Positions 51,450 through 64,000 of a stretch of DNA of 64,000 nucleotides are shown here, piece after piece. The position numbers and the translations under genes were made by a program. A model generated the notes under the pieces. It worked only from the letters and a program-made list of their open reading frames with translations. It was not told the DNA's origin and searched no databases. Each line of letters opens with the position of its first letter. The first letter of the stretch is position 1. Source of the DNA: Eledone cirrhosa (lineage: Eukaryota); the NCBI GenBank assembly GCA_964016885.1, contig OZ024743.1, positions 316,262,001-316,326,000 on the forward strand. Direction: 5' to 3'.

Positions 51450-51717
51450 GTGATTACAGATTTTAAGAACTGGATTTGTCAACCATCTGAAGTCACATGA
51501 GCCATGGAGAAATCGAGCCACTTGTGAGATGGTTCTACTGCCACGCCTCCTGGCGTACATTTGCAATGTGTGTGGCTTAATTTGCAAGTCACCTCAGTCA
51601 GCTCGTGGACTGACTAGATATAGTAGAATACCTAAAGACACTCCAGCCGGTATTGCCAAGAGACAAACAGTTCGCTAGACAAAAGCTGGTGTGAAAGGTC
51701 ATGTCACTAATAGTATA

Positions 51718-52186
51718 CAACATATCTAGACATCTGTTATGTACAGTTGTAGTGTAACAGTCAATAAAAGTACACAACATATAACATATATAGACATCTG
51801 TTATGTACAGTTGTAGTGTAACAGTCAATAAAAGTACACAACATATAACATATATAGACATCTGTTATGTACAGTTGTAATGTAACAGTCAATAAAAGTA
51901 CACAACATATAACATATATAGGCATCTGTTATGTACAGTTGTAGTGTAACAGTCAATAAAAGTACACAACATATAACATATATAGGCATCTGTTATGTAC
52001 AGTTGTAATGTAACAGTCAATAAAAGTACACAACATATAACATATATAGGCATCTGTTATGTACAGTTGTAATGTAACAGTCAATAAAAGTACACAACAT
52101 ATAACATATCTAGACATCTGTTATGTACAGTTGTAATGTAACAGTCAATAAAAGTACACAACATATAACATATATAGGCATCTGTT
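51718..52186. repeat. 64-bp minisatellite, ~7.3 near-identical units
   Basis: G(A/G)CATCTG at 51729, 51793, 51857 ... 52177. Confidence 0.95.
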
Positions 52187-52696
52187 GTTCTCTTTCATTG
52201 AAAGCTGTTTTGTTAAAACTAATTAGGATGAACCCTGTAGGGGAAGTACGTATCTTCTTACTGAATATGTATGTATGTTTGTATGTATGTTTGTATGTAT
52301 GTGTATGTATGAGTGTGTATATGTATGTATGTGTATAAAGCTACGTCACTTCTTTCTTTCCTTTCCAGTATTACTTAAATATATTGTTATTGAATTATGT
52401 TGACTTTGCATGATTTTCATTGATTTTGTTTCTATGTGTGTGTGTATATGTATGCGCGCTTGTGTGTGTATATTTGTGCTTGTGTATATGTGTGGGGGTG
52501 TAACACGTAAAACATATACCAGAATATGTCTTACACGTACACTCATGTATACAATATACATAAATACATACATACATAATACATACATACACACACACAT
52601 ACATACATACATACATACATACATACATACATACATACATACATACATACATACATACATACATACATACATACATACATACATACATACATACAT

Positions 52697-53347
52697 AAAA
52701 AGCTACAACAATGTGGAAGACATCCATGTACATAATATGAAAGAGTACTGGTGGAATGTTCCAGTAAAAACCCCAATAAAATGCAGGCATAACAGACCAG
52801 ATATTATGATATGGGACAGGGAGAAGAAAACATGCACAGTAGTGGAAATTAGCTGCCCAGCTGATGCCAATATAATATCAAAGATTAGTGAAAAGGAGAA
52901 TATTTATGCAGAACTGATGAGAAATCTGCAGATACTCCACCCTGATTACACCTTCAGATTTATGCCTGTGATTATTGGGGCACTGGGGTATTTTAGTAAC
53001 TGCCTCAATACAAATCTTGAGAAGCTGGGCTTCACAGGAACAGAAAGAACACAACTAGTTAGGAAATTATAAGAACAATCCATTAATGGAACAGTAAAAA
53101 TATGTAAAACATTCCAAAAATGTTACATCTAATAACTGCATATACACATGTACAGATACAAAGCATAAACACATGCACACATACAACTCAAAACATACAC
53201 ATCCACACATACAATAACATCCATATCTACACATGCATGCATATATACATATCTACCTAGTTGATGTTGTGTAAATTCCAATGAGAGAGTCTTGTGTCTA
53301 TGTTAGAAACCGACTCTCTCTCTCTAAAGAAATTATAAAACCAGAAG
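52697..53347 (+). mobile_element. 5'-truncated R4/Dong-clade element (RLE domain + 3' UTR)
   Basis: EYWWN...HNRPDIMIWD...VEISCPAD...EKENIY; (TACA)n on both sides. Confidence 0.85.
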
Positions 53348-53410
53348 AACATACATACATATCATCCATGTTTGCACAATGTATTTTGTTCTCACTATAC
53401 AGGTAAGGCA

Positions 53411-53626
53411 ATGAATGTGTTTGTGCTGCTACCGATATTGGTGTTGGTGGTTATGATATCGATCCCACCAACCGGTACACAGATCATCGATAAAGCTACA
53501 AATCAATGGATCCAGACATTACTGATACAACCAAACCGACTGAAAATGAGAAGAGAAATTCGAGAAATGCCGAGAAAAAACCTCAACGATTTCTTCACAG
53601 CTCTAAATATTATGAAGAACGATCGG
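53411..53626 (+). CDS. Tyrosinase-like protein, coding exon 1 (signal peptide, RREIR motif)
   Basis: MNVFVLLPILVLVVMISIPP...RREIREM...FFTALNIMKNDR|GTAAGT; acceptor-like TATACAG just upstream. Confidence 0.85.
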
Positions 53627-53899
53627 GTAAGTGATGTATATATACTGTATATATCTATAAAAAGGAAATTTGTTTGTTGGCCTCTAATAATACTAAATAA
53701 AATTGGTTATAATTAAGGTTTTTTGTGTGTTTTCAACTAAGCTGACTTCCAACATGCTCACAATCTCCTTTTTTTTCCTCCGAAAACGGAATGGTGGAGG
53801 CGATGGGGGAACCTATAAAGTGTGTGTGTAAATGCGTCAACAAGGGTTGACGCTGCCATTTTGTACTACAACAACGAATTATATCTGACGAGGTATCCA

Positions 53900-56315
53900 A
53901 CTTCCAACACGGATGATATATTAGCACTAACGAAACGTTCTGGTGCATTTTTGGATTCCCTGTTCAGGCCCATTACCCACCGGTGCAAAAACCTGACGAC
54001 CATTTAGAAAATGGACAACGAATGTATTTTACAGCCCCAAATGCAGCCCAATAAGCCATAGCACCAAGAAAGACAACTTTGCTAGCATTTTTTAAACTTA
54101 GTAGAACTGACAGCTTTGCACAAACTCTACAATTCAGACTAATAGTATCCTACTATACCTTTGACAAATAGAGAGGGAAATGGGACCGGCGAAAACAAGG
54201 AAATCCAGTAGAAAACGATACTGAAATTCGTAAAGAAGAAACACTAGGTAGGATTCACACAAAACATCCAGGACAGAGCGAATGCTTTCACTTGAGGATG
54301 CTCCTTAAAGAAGTTAGAGGCCCTCAAGACTTTAAGGATTTTCTTAAAGCGAATGGTGTTGTTTGTAACACTTATCAAGAGGCCTTCATGTGGAGAGGTC
54401 TGTTGGAAGACGACAATCAATGGGATGCAACACTTGCAGAGGCGTCTCTATCTCGGACCGCCAAAACTAGTCGAAATTTGTTCGCAATTATATTACAAAA
54501 TTATGACACAGCCAATCCATCGGTGCTTTGGCTGAAGTATTGGGATTACATGTCCGATGACATCAAACACCAAGCGCAATTGAGAAGCCCTGACATAGAA
54601 GTAACTTTTTCAGACGAATATAACTTAACTTTGATCGAGATTGAAGACATGGAAATAGATGGATCTGCTCTATATTTATTAGGCCTTCCTCGCACCGATA
54701 GAACTAATTTTTATGGCTGAAGGACGGAAATTGTGCGAGAAATGTTATACAACGTAGAAGACTTCATCTCCTATGTTAAAGAAAAGAGCCAAAACTACTC
54801 GATGATCAAAAAGCAGTATATAACATTATACTTGAATAAATTACGCAACAGGATGGTGGCCTATTTTTTATCGAAGCTCCGGGTGGAACTGGTAAAACTT
54901 TCTTGATAAACCTATTGTTGTTTAAAATTCGATAAGACCAAAATAATAGCTTTAGCGCTTTTCATCTGTAATTGCCGCTACAGCTCATTCTGCTTTCAAA
55001 TTAGACTTGGGCCTCAGTTTGAATGAAATATCCGTGTGTCATAGAAAGAGGGACACGTGAGCTGCCCAAGTATTGCAAAGATACAAAGATGTGTGGCAAT
55101 TTTGGGGTATGAATGCTCAATGGTGCCTAGACACGCACTTAGACAGGACACTGAAAAATATCCGGAACAGCACAAAAATCATGGGAGGAGTCACTGTCGT
55201 TTTACCAGGGGACTTCCAACAAACTATACCTGTGGTATCAAAGGGGACACACGTCGATGAAGTTCGAGCTTGCCTAAAATCGTCAAATTTATTACTACAA
55301 ATCACCAAACTCAAATTAAGAACTAACATGCGGGTACAAATTCACAGTGACAACGTTTTTGAAGAGTTTGCTCAAAAACTTCTGAAACTTGGTGAAGACA
55401 AAATATCCCTTGATACTGAAGGTTGTTTTGATACTTCATCATTTTGTACTGTTGTGGAAAACATTGAAAGCTTAATTAATCACGTGTTCCCCAATTTCGA
55501 AATCCACCATTCCAACGAGGAGTGGCTGTGTGAAATAGCAATCCTAGACCCCCCAAAACATCATTGTAAATGCCTTCAACAAATATCTCTCACAAATGAT
55601 CCCTGGACGTAGCCAGACCTATAAATCTATCGACAAATTTGTTGTTGAGTACGATGCTGTTCATTATCCATTGAAGTTCATTATCCAGTCAGGAATTGTA
55701 GAAGAGCACAGTCATCATGCTTCTCAGAAACCTGGATCAGCCAAGATTGTGCAATGGGACGCGTATAGTTGTGAGTGAACTACAGTATCACGTTATTAAA
55801 GCAAAAATCCTCACCGGATAAGGTAAGGGAAACATCGTATTTATAACTAAAATACTGCCAATACCAACAGATGTCCACTTTCGTTTCAAACGATTGCAAT
55901 TCTCAGTGAGAGTCAGTTACACAATGACCATTAACAAGTCCCAAGGTCAAGCACTGCATCTTGTTGGTCTCCATCTAGAAGAGGGTTGTTTCTCACGTGG
56001 TCAATTATATATAGGTTGTTCCAGAGTAGGAAGCCCCCATACATGCTCCAAAGAAAAAAGTTAAAAACATTCTATACACTGAAGTTCTGTAAATGTTTTA
56101 TAATTTTCGTAAAATAGATTTTTCTATTATTTTCTTTATTACTTGCTGCATTTAGATATTCTAAATATATTTTTAAAATTATGTTATGCAATATTTAAAT
56201 ACCTTTTAAGATCTTTTATTTTAAGGGAAACTGGCATTATGATATATGCCAATAGGTGCCTTATGAATAGATTTGAGCACAGTACAGACCTGGGTAAAGG
56301 CTGGGTTGCCACTAT
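53900..56315 (+). mobile_element. Decayed Helitron RepHel (PIF1-family helicase region) in tyrosinase intron 1
   Basis: HLENGQR, LRMLLKEVRGP, GLLEDDNQW, APGGTGKTFL, GDFQQTIPVV, TINKSQGQ, GQLYIGCSRV; many stops and frameshifts; degenerate terminal hairpin ~56288-56307. Confidence 0.9.
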
Positions 56316-56329
56316 ATATATATTTTCTA

Positions 56330-56900
56330 CTTTTTTTACAAAGGACTTGTGTCCCATCGCAACCCAACAAACAATGTCTCTTCTCTATTGGTCGCAACCT
56401 CTTGCTCATCTCTCAACTATGAGAAGCCATATCCCGCTGTGGTCTTCGATGTTGTTGAGACAGAGGCCGTTCTCTCGGTCTTGGATTTGTGAAATCTGAC
56501 CTGTAGCAGGCATCAATCATTGTTCCCTCGTGACTCCTGACGACATGGCCAAACCATCTGAGTTGTTTTGAAATTACATCATCTTCAATTTTTTCAGTCA
56601 GTCATAGTCTACTCTGCTGCATGTATACGCATTACTCATCATGTCTCCACGCGTTATACCAAGGATCACTCTTAGGTATTTCATTTCTAACACCATGAGA
56701 GCATACATTTCTTCACCTATTTTAGTCCGAGCTTCTGAGCCATATATGGCTATCGGTATGATTCTCGGCAAAGTCTTCTGCAAACTACTAATAAATAGCT
56801 TCTCAGCAATAGTTGAATGTTCAATGAATGAATCGCAATGTGGCTTCAGGCCAGGAAGATGAACCTCCGATGCGATCTTCATTGTAAGACGATGTTGAAT
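56330..56900 (-). mobile_element. RTE-type LINE fragment
   Basis: PIAIYGSEART...LEMKYLRVILGITRGD; QLRWFGHV. Confidence 0.75.
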
Positions 56901-57280
56901 GAACACAAGGTCTGAGTACATTTTCACTTCATAGATTTCAAATTAGAAAACAATCCAGCACAATGAATAATATATTAGTTTGACGCTTGATGTAGTAGGA
57001 AAAAAGGAATTTCGGACGTTGTTCCTTCATCAAAGATAGAATGAAAAATAAAAGCAATCTTAGAGAGATATAGGAGAGGAAAAAAAAGAAGAAGAAATGG
57101 GAACTTTTTTTTTAAAGTAAAAGCACGTGTATTTTCAGTTAGCCATTTTGGCATCAATGAAAGTCGACTTCATCGGAATTTGAACTTAGAGCACAGAGAA
57201 GAAAGAGAAATACTGGAAGGCATTCAATCCAAATTTCTCGTGAGGCTACAAATTCGCCGTCTATACAAGATCATATGCAT

Positions 57281-57330
<50 letters not shown>

Positions 57331-57350
57331 GTGTGTGTGAGAGAGAGAAA

Positions 57351-57443
<93 letters not shown>

Positions 57444-57466
57444 TGTGTCTGGTAGTACATATATAT

Positions 57467-58115
57467 TGGCATAGGTTAAGTTTAACGTCCTCGAAAATGA
57501 AAGTGGATTTTCTGACAAGTGAATGTGTTTTTGTTTTTTTTACAGTGAAATTTACGATACACTCTTTGTTTATTTACAACAGGTCTCTATAGTGATATGG
57601 TGTTAATTAGTATTGCATGTGTGATTATTTTCTCTTATATATATATGTGTGGGTGTGTATATGTGTGTCTGTATGTATATATATGTGTGTGTTTGTATAT
57701 ATATATATGTGTTTGTGTCATCATCATCGTTTAGATGTTTTTACCCAAATCCCTTATCATTCTCTGTCCTTCTTATGACCCGGCCTTAATTTGTTTATAG
57801 TTGGTGCCAACTTTGGCAAGATATTACAAAAACATCTAAACGATGATGATGACACAAACACATATATATATACAAACACACATATATATATACATACAGA
57901 CACACATATATATACACACATATACGCACCCACACATATATATATAAGAGAAAATAATCACACACGCAATACTAATTAACACCATATCACTATAGAGACC
58001 TGTTGTAAATAAACAAAGAGTGTATCGTAAATTTCACTGTAAAAAAAACAAAAACACATTCACTTGTCAGAAAATCCACTTTCATTTTCGAGGACGTTAA
58101 ACTTAACCTATGCCA
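57467..58115. repeat. Long inverted repeat (~275-290 bp arms, ~85 bp spacer)
   Basis: 57467-57742 is the reverse complement of 57828-58115. Confidence 0.9.
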
Positions 58116-58685
58116 TATATACTTGTGTGTATGTGTCTGTCTGTGAGTATGTATATACATATATATATATATATGTGTGTGTGTATGTGTGTGTGTGTGT
58201 AAGTACTGAAACAACATATCTCTAGCGAATTGACTGATGAGATGGGACTGTCTGTGTTTTTTTTCCTTTTCCTGTCTTCGCCCATACATATTATATATAT
58301 ATATAACTCTCTCTCTCTCCCTTTCTCACTCACTCACGCACTCACTCTCATACACTCACCCTGTATATGCTTTCAAGACTAGTTTTGTCTAAAACCCATA
58401 TTTACTTTATCTACAGAGTAATTCAATAATTGTGTATTTATCCTGTTGAAAGTGATTAAATTTCTCTGTACATCCGATGATGAAACATCATGGGCTATAT
58501 GTGGGTGGGGGAGGGGATATCGATTATATCGATCTCTGTACTTGACTGCTACATATTTGATAGAATTATTCTTATTTATTTGAGATATTGCTGATTTAAT
58601 GCAAAATTCCTTTCAATTAATGACAACGTTGTTGTTGTTGCTGTTGTTTTGATTCGTTGTATTTCTATATTCTGTATCCATCAAG

Positions 58686-58795
58686 TCACTCAGACCAAAT
58701 AAATACGATGCCCTCTGTAATTTCCATGCAATTCTAAAGAATATCGCCCATAAAGGACCAGGATTTCTCGGATGGCACCGTATATATTTAATTCT
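58686..58795 (+). CDS. Tyrosinase-like protein, coding exon 2 (CuA site)
   Basis: AAG|SLRPNKYDALCNFHAILKNIAHKGPGFLGWHRIYLI+CT|GTAAGT; phases join exons 1 and 3. Confidence 0.9.
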
Positions 58796-59649
58796 GTAAG
58801 TAACTCATTTACATAGAATCTTCTTTAAAATTTAGAATGGATATAAAGAAAGCCACATAGAAGTTCCAGTGACAATCCAATCCAGGGCCTTCTCACTCTT
58901 ATTGGAGGAACCCTTCCCTGGTTGACCTCCACCGCTTTCTATTTGGTTTTGGTCGTGTCAGAGATGAAGCTTTACTCACCACACTTGGCCAATTGCGGAT
59001 TGGTGAGGCTATTTAACCCATGGTTGGGGTGGATTGTCGTTGACTCTGAGCTTTTCATCCGCTCTTTTAACAGCACTTTTATGCTGCTGGGGTTTCACTT
59101 ACCCTCCTTACAAGACCAGGGTCTTGTGGGAGAGCCGGTTTAGTCACCGACCACTCAAACCTGCAGCAGGTTGTACTGGGTTACTTGGTACCAGTAGCAG
59201 ACACAAGCCTGACTTTAGTGGCAGCACAGCACTGTTAAATTGGTCCAAATCTGGCTATGGTTGTTGTTGGAGCGGGGGACCTATCAATTTCCTTTCTTTT
59301 TGTTGTTTTGTTTGTTGTTATTTTTTCTAACTTTAAGTTTCACTTTTGTATTTCTAACTTGCATTGAACCGGTTTTGCCATAAGCTTAACTGTGTTTATA
59401 AATCTATCACGGTCTATTCTCTATACACAATTGTTGATACTTAAGACAGTAAGAGGTACTGTGCCACTCACATGATTGTTCACATTTTTAATGAGTACTT
59501 TTAATATGTTGTAGTTACAAACTTGTGTATAAATGATCCCTGATGAGTCTTTAGTAAAAACAAAAGTAGATATTTCAATTCTCATTTCTAGATGCTGCAA
59601 TCCCTGATGTTTAAGCATGAGGGTCTACTTTCACTAAATGAGAAAAGTA

Positions 59650-59912
59650 TAAAATCTGTCTCAAGCCCGGTGCTTATCCCGGTTTTCGTGGCGTTAAGCA
59701 ACTAAGAACGCAAGACTCAGCTCTGGACAGGACGCCAATCCATTACAATGTTAAACCCCCAGCTATTGCTGGTATCCATTTCCAGCTGATTATGCTGAAG
59801 CAACGTGAAATGAAGTGTTTTGCTCAATAATAGAACACACAACTAAGTTCAGGACTCGAATACATGACGTCCTGATCATAAGTCCAACACACTTACTACT
59901 AAACCACGCGAC
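59650..59912 (-). mobile_element. SINE family A
   Basis: Head, core and tail match. Confidence 0.8.
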
Positions 59913-60947
59913 TTCCCTTTACTTTCGCAATAAAATTAAATATATGTTATTGTTTTTTTAATATATGATGGATCTTTCGTTGGTTTTGACGGTGAGGATT
60001 CTGTCGTCCAGCTTATGAATTAAAGTGTAAATGATGGTTGAGTATTCCTGAGACACGTAATTCTCAGGTAGAATCAGAATGACATAATATGTGACAAGGC
60101 TGGGAATTTGAATTGTAGCACAATTTATCCAATGGGCTTCCATGTAGTTTCCGTCAATCCAATTTCATCCACAAGGTTTGGTTCGATCCGAGGTTATGGT
60201 AAAAGCACTTGATTCGAACCCGAGACGTCATGATTTCGAAACGCCCGAAGATGTGAGGTGCGACTGATTGTCGCACTTGGTGGTGAATGCCCTCCCCACG
60301 TTTTTTTTCCTTTATCATTATTGTTCAATGAGTTATATGAATACAACTTTCATAATTATTCATATTATGCATAACTTCTTAACCAATCAACTATGCCTGC
60401 GTTCATATATATATAAATTTGTTCATAAGTCCAGTGTTTATTGTAGTAACTGTTGTTATAACTTCCATTCCTACAACGAATTTACTAGTTGTTTGAAACA
60501 AAATAACCTTCTTCTTCTTTGCCTACTTATTCCTGGAAGGGTTATGGAGGCTGACTCCTAATACACTCCTTCCGGCGGATCCTGTCAGCAGCAACCGCTT
60601 CTAATTGATCCAGATGTTATCCAACCATCTTGCTCGGGTCTGCCCCTAGGTCTCCTGCCAGTTGGTTTTGCCACTTAAAATAGTCTATTCTTGAATATGC
60701 CTTAGATACGTATACCCTTTGCGTAATTTTCAGGAAGATTCAGGTAAACCTAAATGGGCTGGAGCAACGTGAAATAAAGTGCCTTGTGCAATGCACAATC
60801 AGGAATCGAAGAACTTAACAACATAACTAGTTACTAATTGAGATGTGTAATTTACAGCTGCCACCTCAGCAGGTATAGCTGGCCTCCTATTAGGTTACAC
60901 TTCGTGATGCCCTAATGATATGGGTTCCAGTTCTTAGGTGAAAAACT

Positions 60948-61062
60948 ACGTGAAATGAAGCGTCTTGCTCAAGAATACAACGCTGCCGTCCGGTTAAGGA
61001 ATCGAACCCACGACTTTATGATGGTGAGTTCAACACTCTAACCACTAGACCACGCGCCTTCA
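60948..61062 (-). mobile_element. SINE family A head
   Basis: GGCGCGTGGTCTAGTGGTTAGAG...GGTTCGATTCC. Confidence 0.8.
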
Positions 61063-61122
61063 CAAATTGTTAACACAATAATAAATTAAATGTTCTATTT
61101 CTGTTTCTATTTCTTTCTTTAG

Positions 61123-61816
61123 GTTGGAAAATGCACTGAACCAAATCATACCTGGTATCAGTATACCGTACTGGAACAACACCTTGGATAACAGTTTATT
61201 TGATCCCACTCAATCTTCGATATTTTCCGATCATTTCATCGGAAATGGTCGTGGACTAGTAACTGTCGGTCCCTTCGCAAGATGGTTTACACCACACGGG
61301 CCCTTGCGTCGCCATGTTGGACGTGTAAACCGCTTGATGACGACCAAGGAGGAGAAGAACATTATGTTGCGCTTTTATCTAGAAGACATTACATATCCAC
61401 ACGCTCCAAACTGGACAAACATCGAGAAAATGCACAATCATGTTCATACATGGGTTGGTGGTCAAATGGGTGAGGTGGAATCGGCATGTTATGACCCAAT
61501 GTTTTGGATACACCATGCATATATCGACTGTATCTGGGAGAAATTCCGCACCAAGCAGCGAATCAATAGTATCAATCCCAGTGGCGATTATCCATTTTTT
61601 TCTTACGGTAATCAAGGCCATGCGCCGAATTCACAAATAGGATTTGGTTGGTTGCTGGTAAGACACGCTATACATGAGTACTTCTCACATAATTTCTACC
61701 GGTGTGCTCCGACACCGTCCTGTTCAAGATCTAAACCAAACTGCGGCTCAAGTTATCTGAAATGTGACCTAACACGTGACATTTGCGTCCCCTTAGTGAA
61801 TCAGCCGACCTTCTAA
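61123..61816 (+). CDS. Tyrosinase-like protein, coding exon 3 (CuB site, Cys-rich tail)
   Basis: TTTAG|; ENAL...IPYW; HNHVHTWVGGQM...DPMFWIHHAYIDCIW; stop TAA at 61814-61816; spliced product 339 aa. Confidence 0.92.
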
Positions 61817-62499
61817 AATGGCAGGGCAGTAAGTAAAAGACGGGGAGGTAATCAGCCACCAAACTTCTAGATGGTTGAGCATGAAACAAGAATAGGGAGA
61901 TAATGGAGCAATACATAGATACATAAAATGTTTTGTCCTTTGTCTTTTGTCATTTCTTTCTCTTTTTTGGCGGGGTGGGTTAAATTAACAAACAAAAATT
62001 ATTGTTAACTGTCAACGAAAACACACACATACATTTAATGAATAATCTCCCACGCCATATGTGCGACTGCTCGCGTCGAGTATGTATGGCGAAAATTTAT
62101 AAAATGCTAAAACCAGAACACACATACACAACTGCCACTTCTTTACAGAAGACGGCCATTTCTTCAACGAATTTCCTGCTATTATGGACTACTGCCAACT
62201 TCAGGCTGTTGGTCAGTTTGGTGACTGAACAGGCTTTGTTTTGGTCACCTTTTCTATATAGTATGAGTGAACAGTGCGTTCCCAAAAGGGACTGCTCAAA
62301 CAGTCAAGACTCCGCCCAAACATGTTACTGTTCAGGTTAACAGTGCAACGACATTAAGATAAGATCCGAGTCGCCCACATGTAGATTTATGACTATGTGC
62401 TTCTAACCAGTTACCACTCCTCCACCGCTGTAGGACTTGTAAGTAAAAATCTGCACATAAAGATGGCAATGCTACGTGCTTATACTACACACATAGCAC

Positions 62500-62830
62500 C
62501 CACTCCATCCCAGCACCCACCCAGTGACAAGAAGAGGCAAGATAACAGGACAAGTTCGCGGTCGTACTCTTGGCAGTGGAGACTTCTGGGCTACCTCCCT
62601 ACTCACCTCCATAGGGGCTGATCTGGCCAACCACAGGTGTGAGCCTCGCGTGTTGGAATGGCTCTTCCAGCGCATCTCTTTTACCATCCTCCAGGGAAAC
62701 GCCTTCTCTATTCTGTCCGCCGGGGCTGTGGGGAGGCCAGCACGTGGGACCCCATTTGCTCACCATACGGAGAGATGGGGAGGGCGAGAGAGATGGAGAC
62801 GATGACAATGGAAGTTCGGGTGTTCTTTCA
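62500..62830 (+). mobile_element. 3' fragment of CRE-like RLE non-LTR retrotransposon
   Basis: TLGSG...IGADLA...EPRVLEWLFQRISFTILQGNAFSILS. Confidence 0.6.
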
Positions 62831-63039
62831 TGTTTACTTAGGTTACTATTTCCTTTTCTGTAATGAAAAGATAGAAACTTTCCTTCATTTACTAAAGACC
62901 ATCCCCCAAAAAATCCCTTAGCTGACCTAACTTAAATATCAAATTATCCACATTTCTGTGTGTAATAAATGAGATAAGTTACGAGGATCGCATGTGTTAT
63001 TGTCATGGAGTTTAACCTCTCCAGAGGCTGTAGCCATAC

Positions 63040-63135
63040 TCTCCATGCTTGACCAATTGCAGGTTGATGAGACTATTTAACCCATAGTTGGGGTGGATGG
63101 TCGTTGACTATGTGGAGTTCATCCACCCTTTCCCT
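63040..63135. repeat. Dispersed repeat shared with ~58975-59070
   Basis: CCAATTGC.G.TTG.TGAG.CTATTTAACCCAT.GTTGGGGTGGAT in both. Confidence 0.6.
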
Positions 63136-64000
63136 TTGACAAGTCAGGTCAGGCCTCTATTGATGTAGCCTAGTACAACTGTTTCATGGTCAGGTGGTCG
63201 ACAACTAAAATCGCCCCCCCCCCCCACCAGACCCTGGTTTGGGGGGGGGGGGGGTAAATGGAAATCCAACACCACAAAATACACATACATACATACATGC
63301 ATGTATGTATGTATACATGCATATATGTGTTAAAGGTCAATTTGTTTAGACGACCAGTATCCCAATAGTTCCAACTGCAGAACACCCTGTTTGTGAGATC
63401 AACATACAAGTGACTGAGCATTCCATTAATACGTTTAATGTGAATTAACATGTAAGTGGCTGTCACAGTATCGGCCGCTTTCTGATACGTTTGAGGAGAC
63501 TTCTGGCGTTCTTGGTTCCCCCAAAACCACATCCCTATTCACTGCTATTGGAGCCGAGTTGGTTACCCATAGATGAAAACCTTGCGAGGTGGAGTGACTG
63601 TTCCAGTGCCAATGTCTTCTCCATCTTGTCCACTAGGTGGATTGACTGTTCCAGTGCATCCCCCTCGCTATCTCCATGCTGTCCTCCGAGACCACAAGGT
63701 AGACTGACCCTGAACCTTCCTTGATAGATTTGATGACAGTTACACCAATGTTGTTTTTCACTGAATATCAAAATTCTAAATCCAGGTGAAGGAACCCCTT
63801 CCTGGTTGAGCTCCACCACTTCTCTCTGGCCATGTGGGGACGAGGTATCTGGTCAGATCATCACGCCATCATGCCTTTGGCTGACCTCTGGTTCTCCACT
63901 GCCTTGGTGTCCACTCTGTCACTCTAATAGTCCATCTGTTGTCTCTAAGATGATAGATGTGGCCAGCCTATCTATGTTTACCCTACTTGATATCCAGGTG

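Noticed and set aside
54292-55778. Host PIF1 helicase gene
   Set aside because: Intronless, fragmented, carries Helitron-specific motifs and lies inside another gene's intron.
59535-59575. Second hammerhead (CTGATGAGTC...), also CTGATGAG near 58233
   Set aside because: No properly placed GAAA core or closing stems.

Overview
Eukaryotic, AT-rich, microsatellite-dense animal DNA. The SINE families and a molluscan-type tyrosinase point to a mollusc, probably an octopus (inference). Bases 1-20520 are the end of a minus-strand tandem array of tRNA-Ser(AGA) genes: 53 complete copies plus 1 partial. It has three tiers: 316-317 bp monomers, ~2.3/2.6 kb blocks closed by a 730 bp unit, and a 4939/4623 bp higher-order repeat. 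Only 11 copies match the intact consensus. The rest of the window holds tRNA-derived SINEs, a decayed R4/Dong-type retrotransposon inside (TACA)n, RTE and CRE-like fragments, Helitrons, MITEs, several palindromic elements set in (TA)n, a minimal hammerhead motif, 20 bp and 64 bp satellites, and an isolated 76-nt tRNA/vault-like Pol III candidate. One clear protein-coding gene is present: a 3-exon secreted tyrosinase-like gene (339 aa, 53411-61816). Most ORF-track entries are simple-repeat artefacts. All coordinates were counted by hand, and repeat boundaries are approximate.
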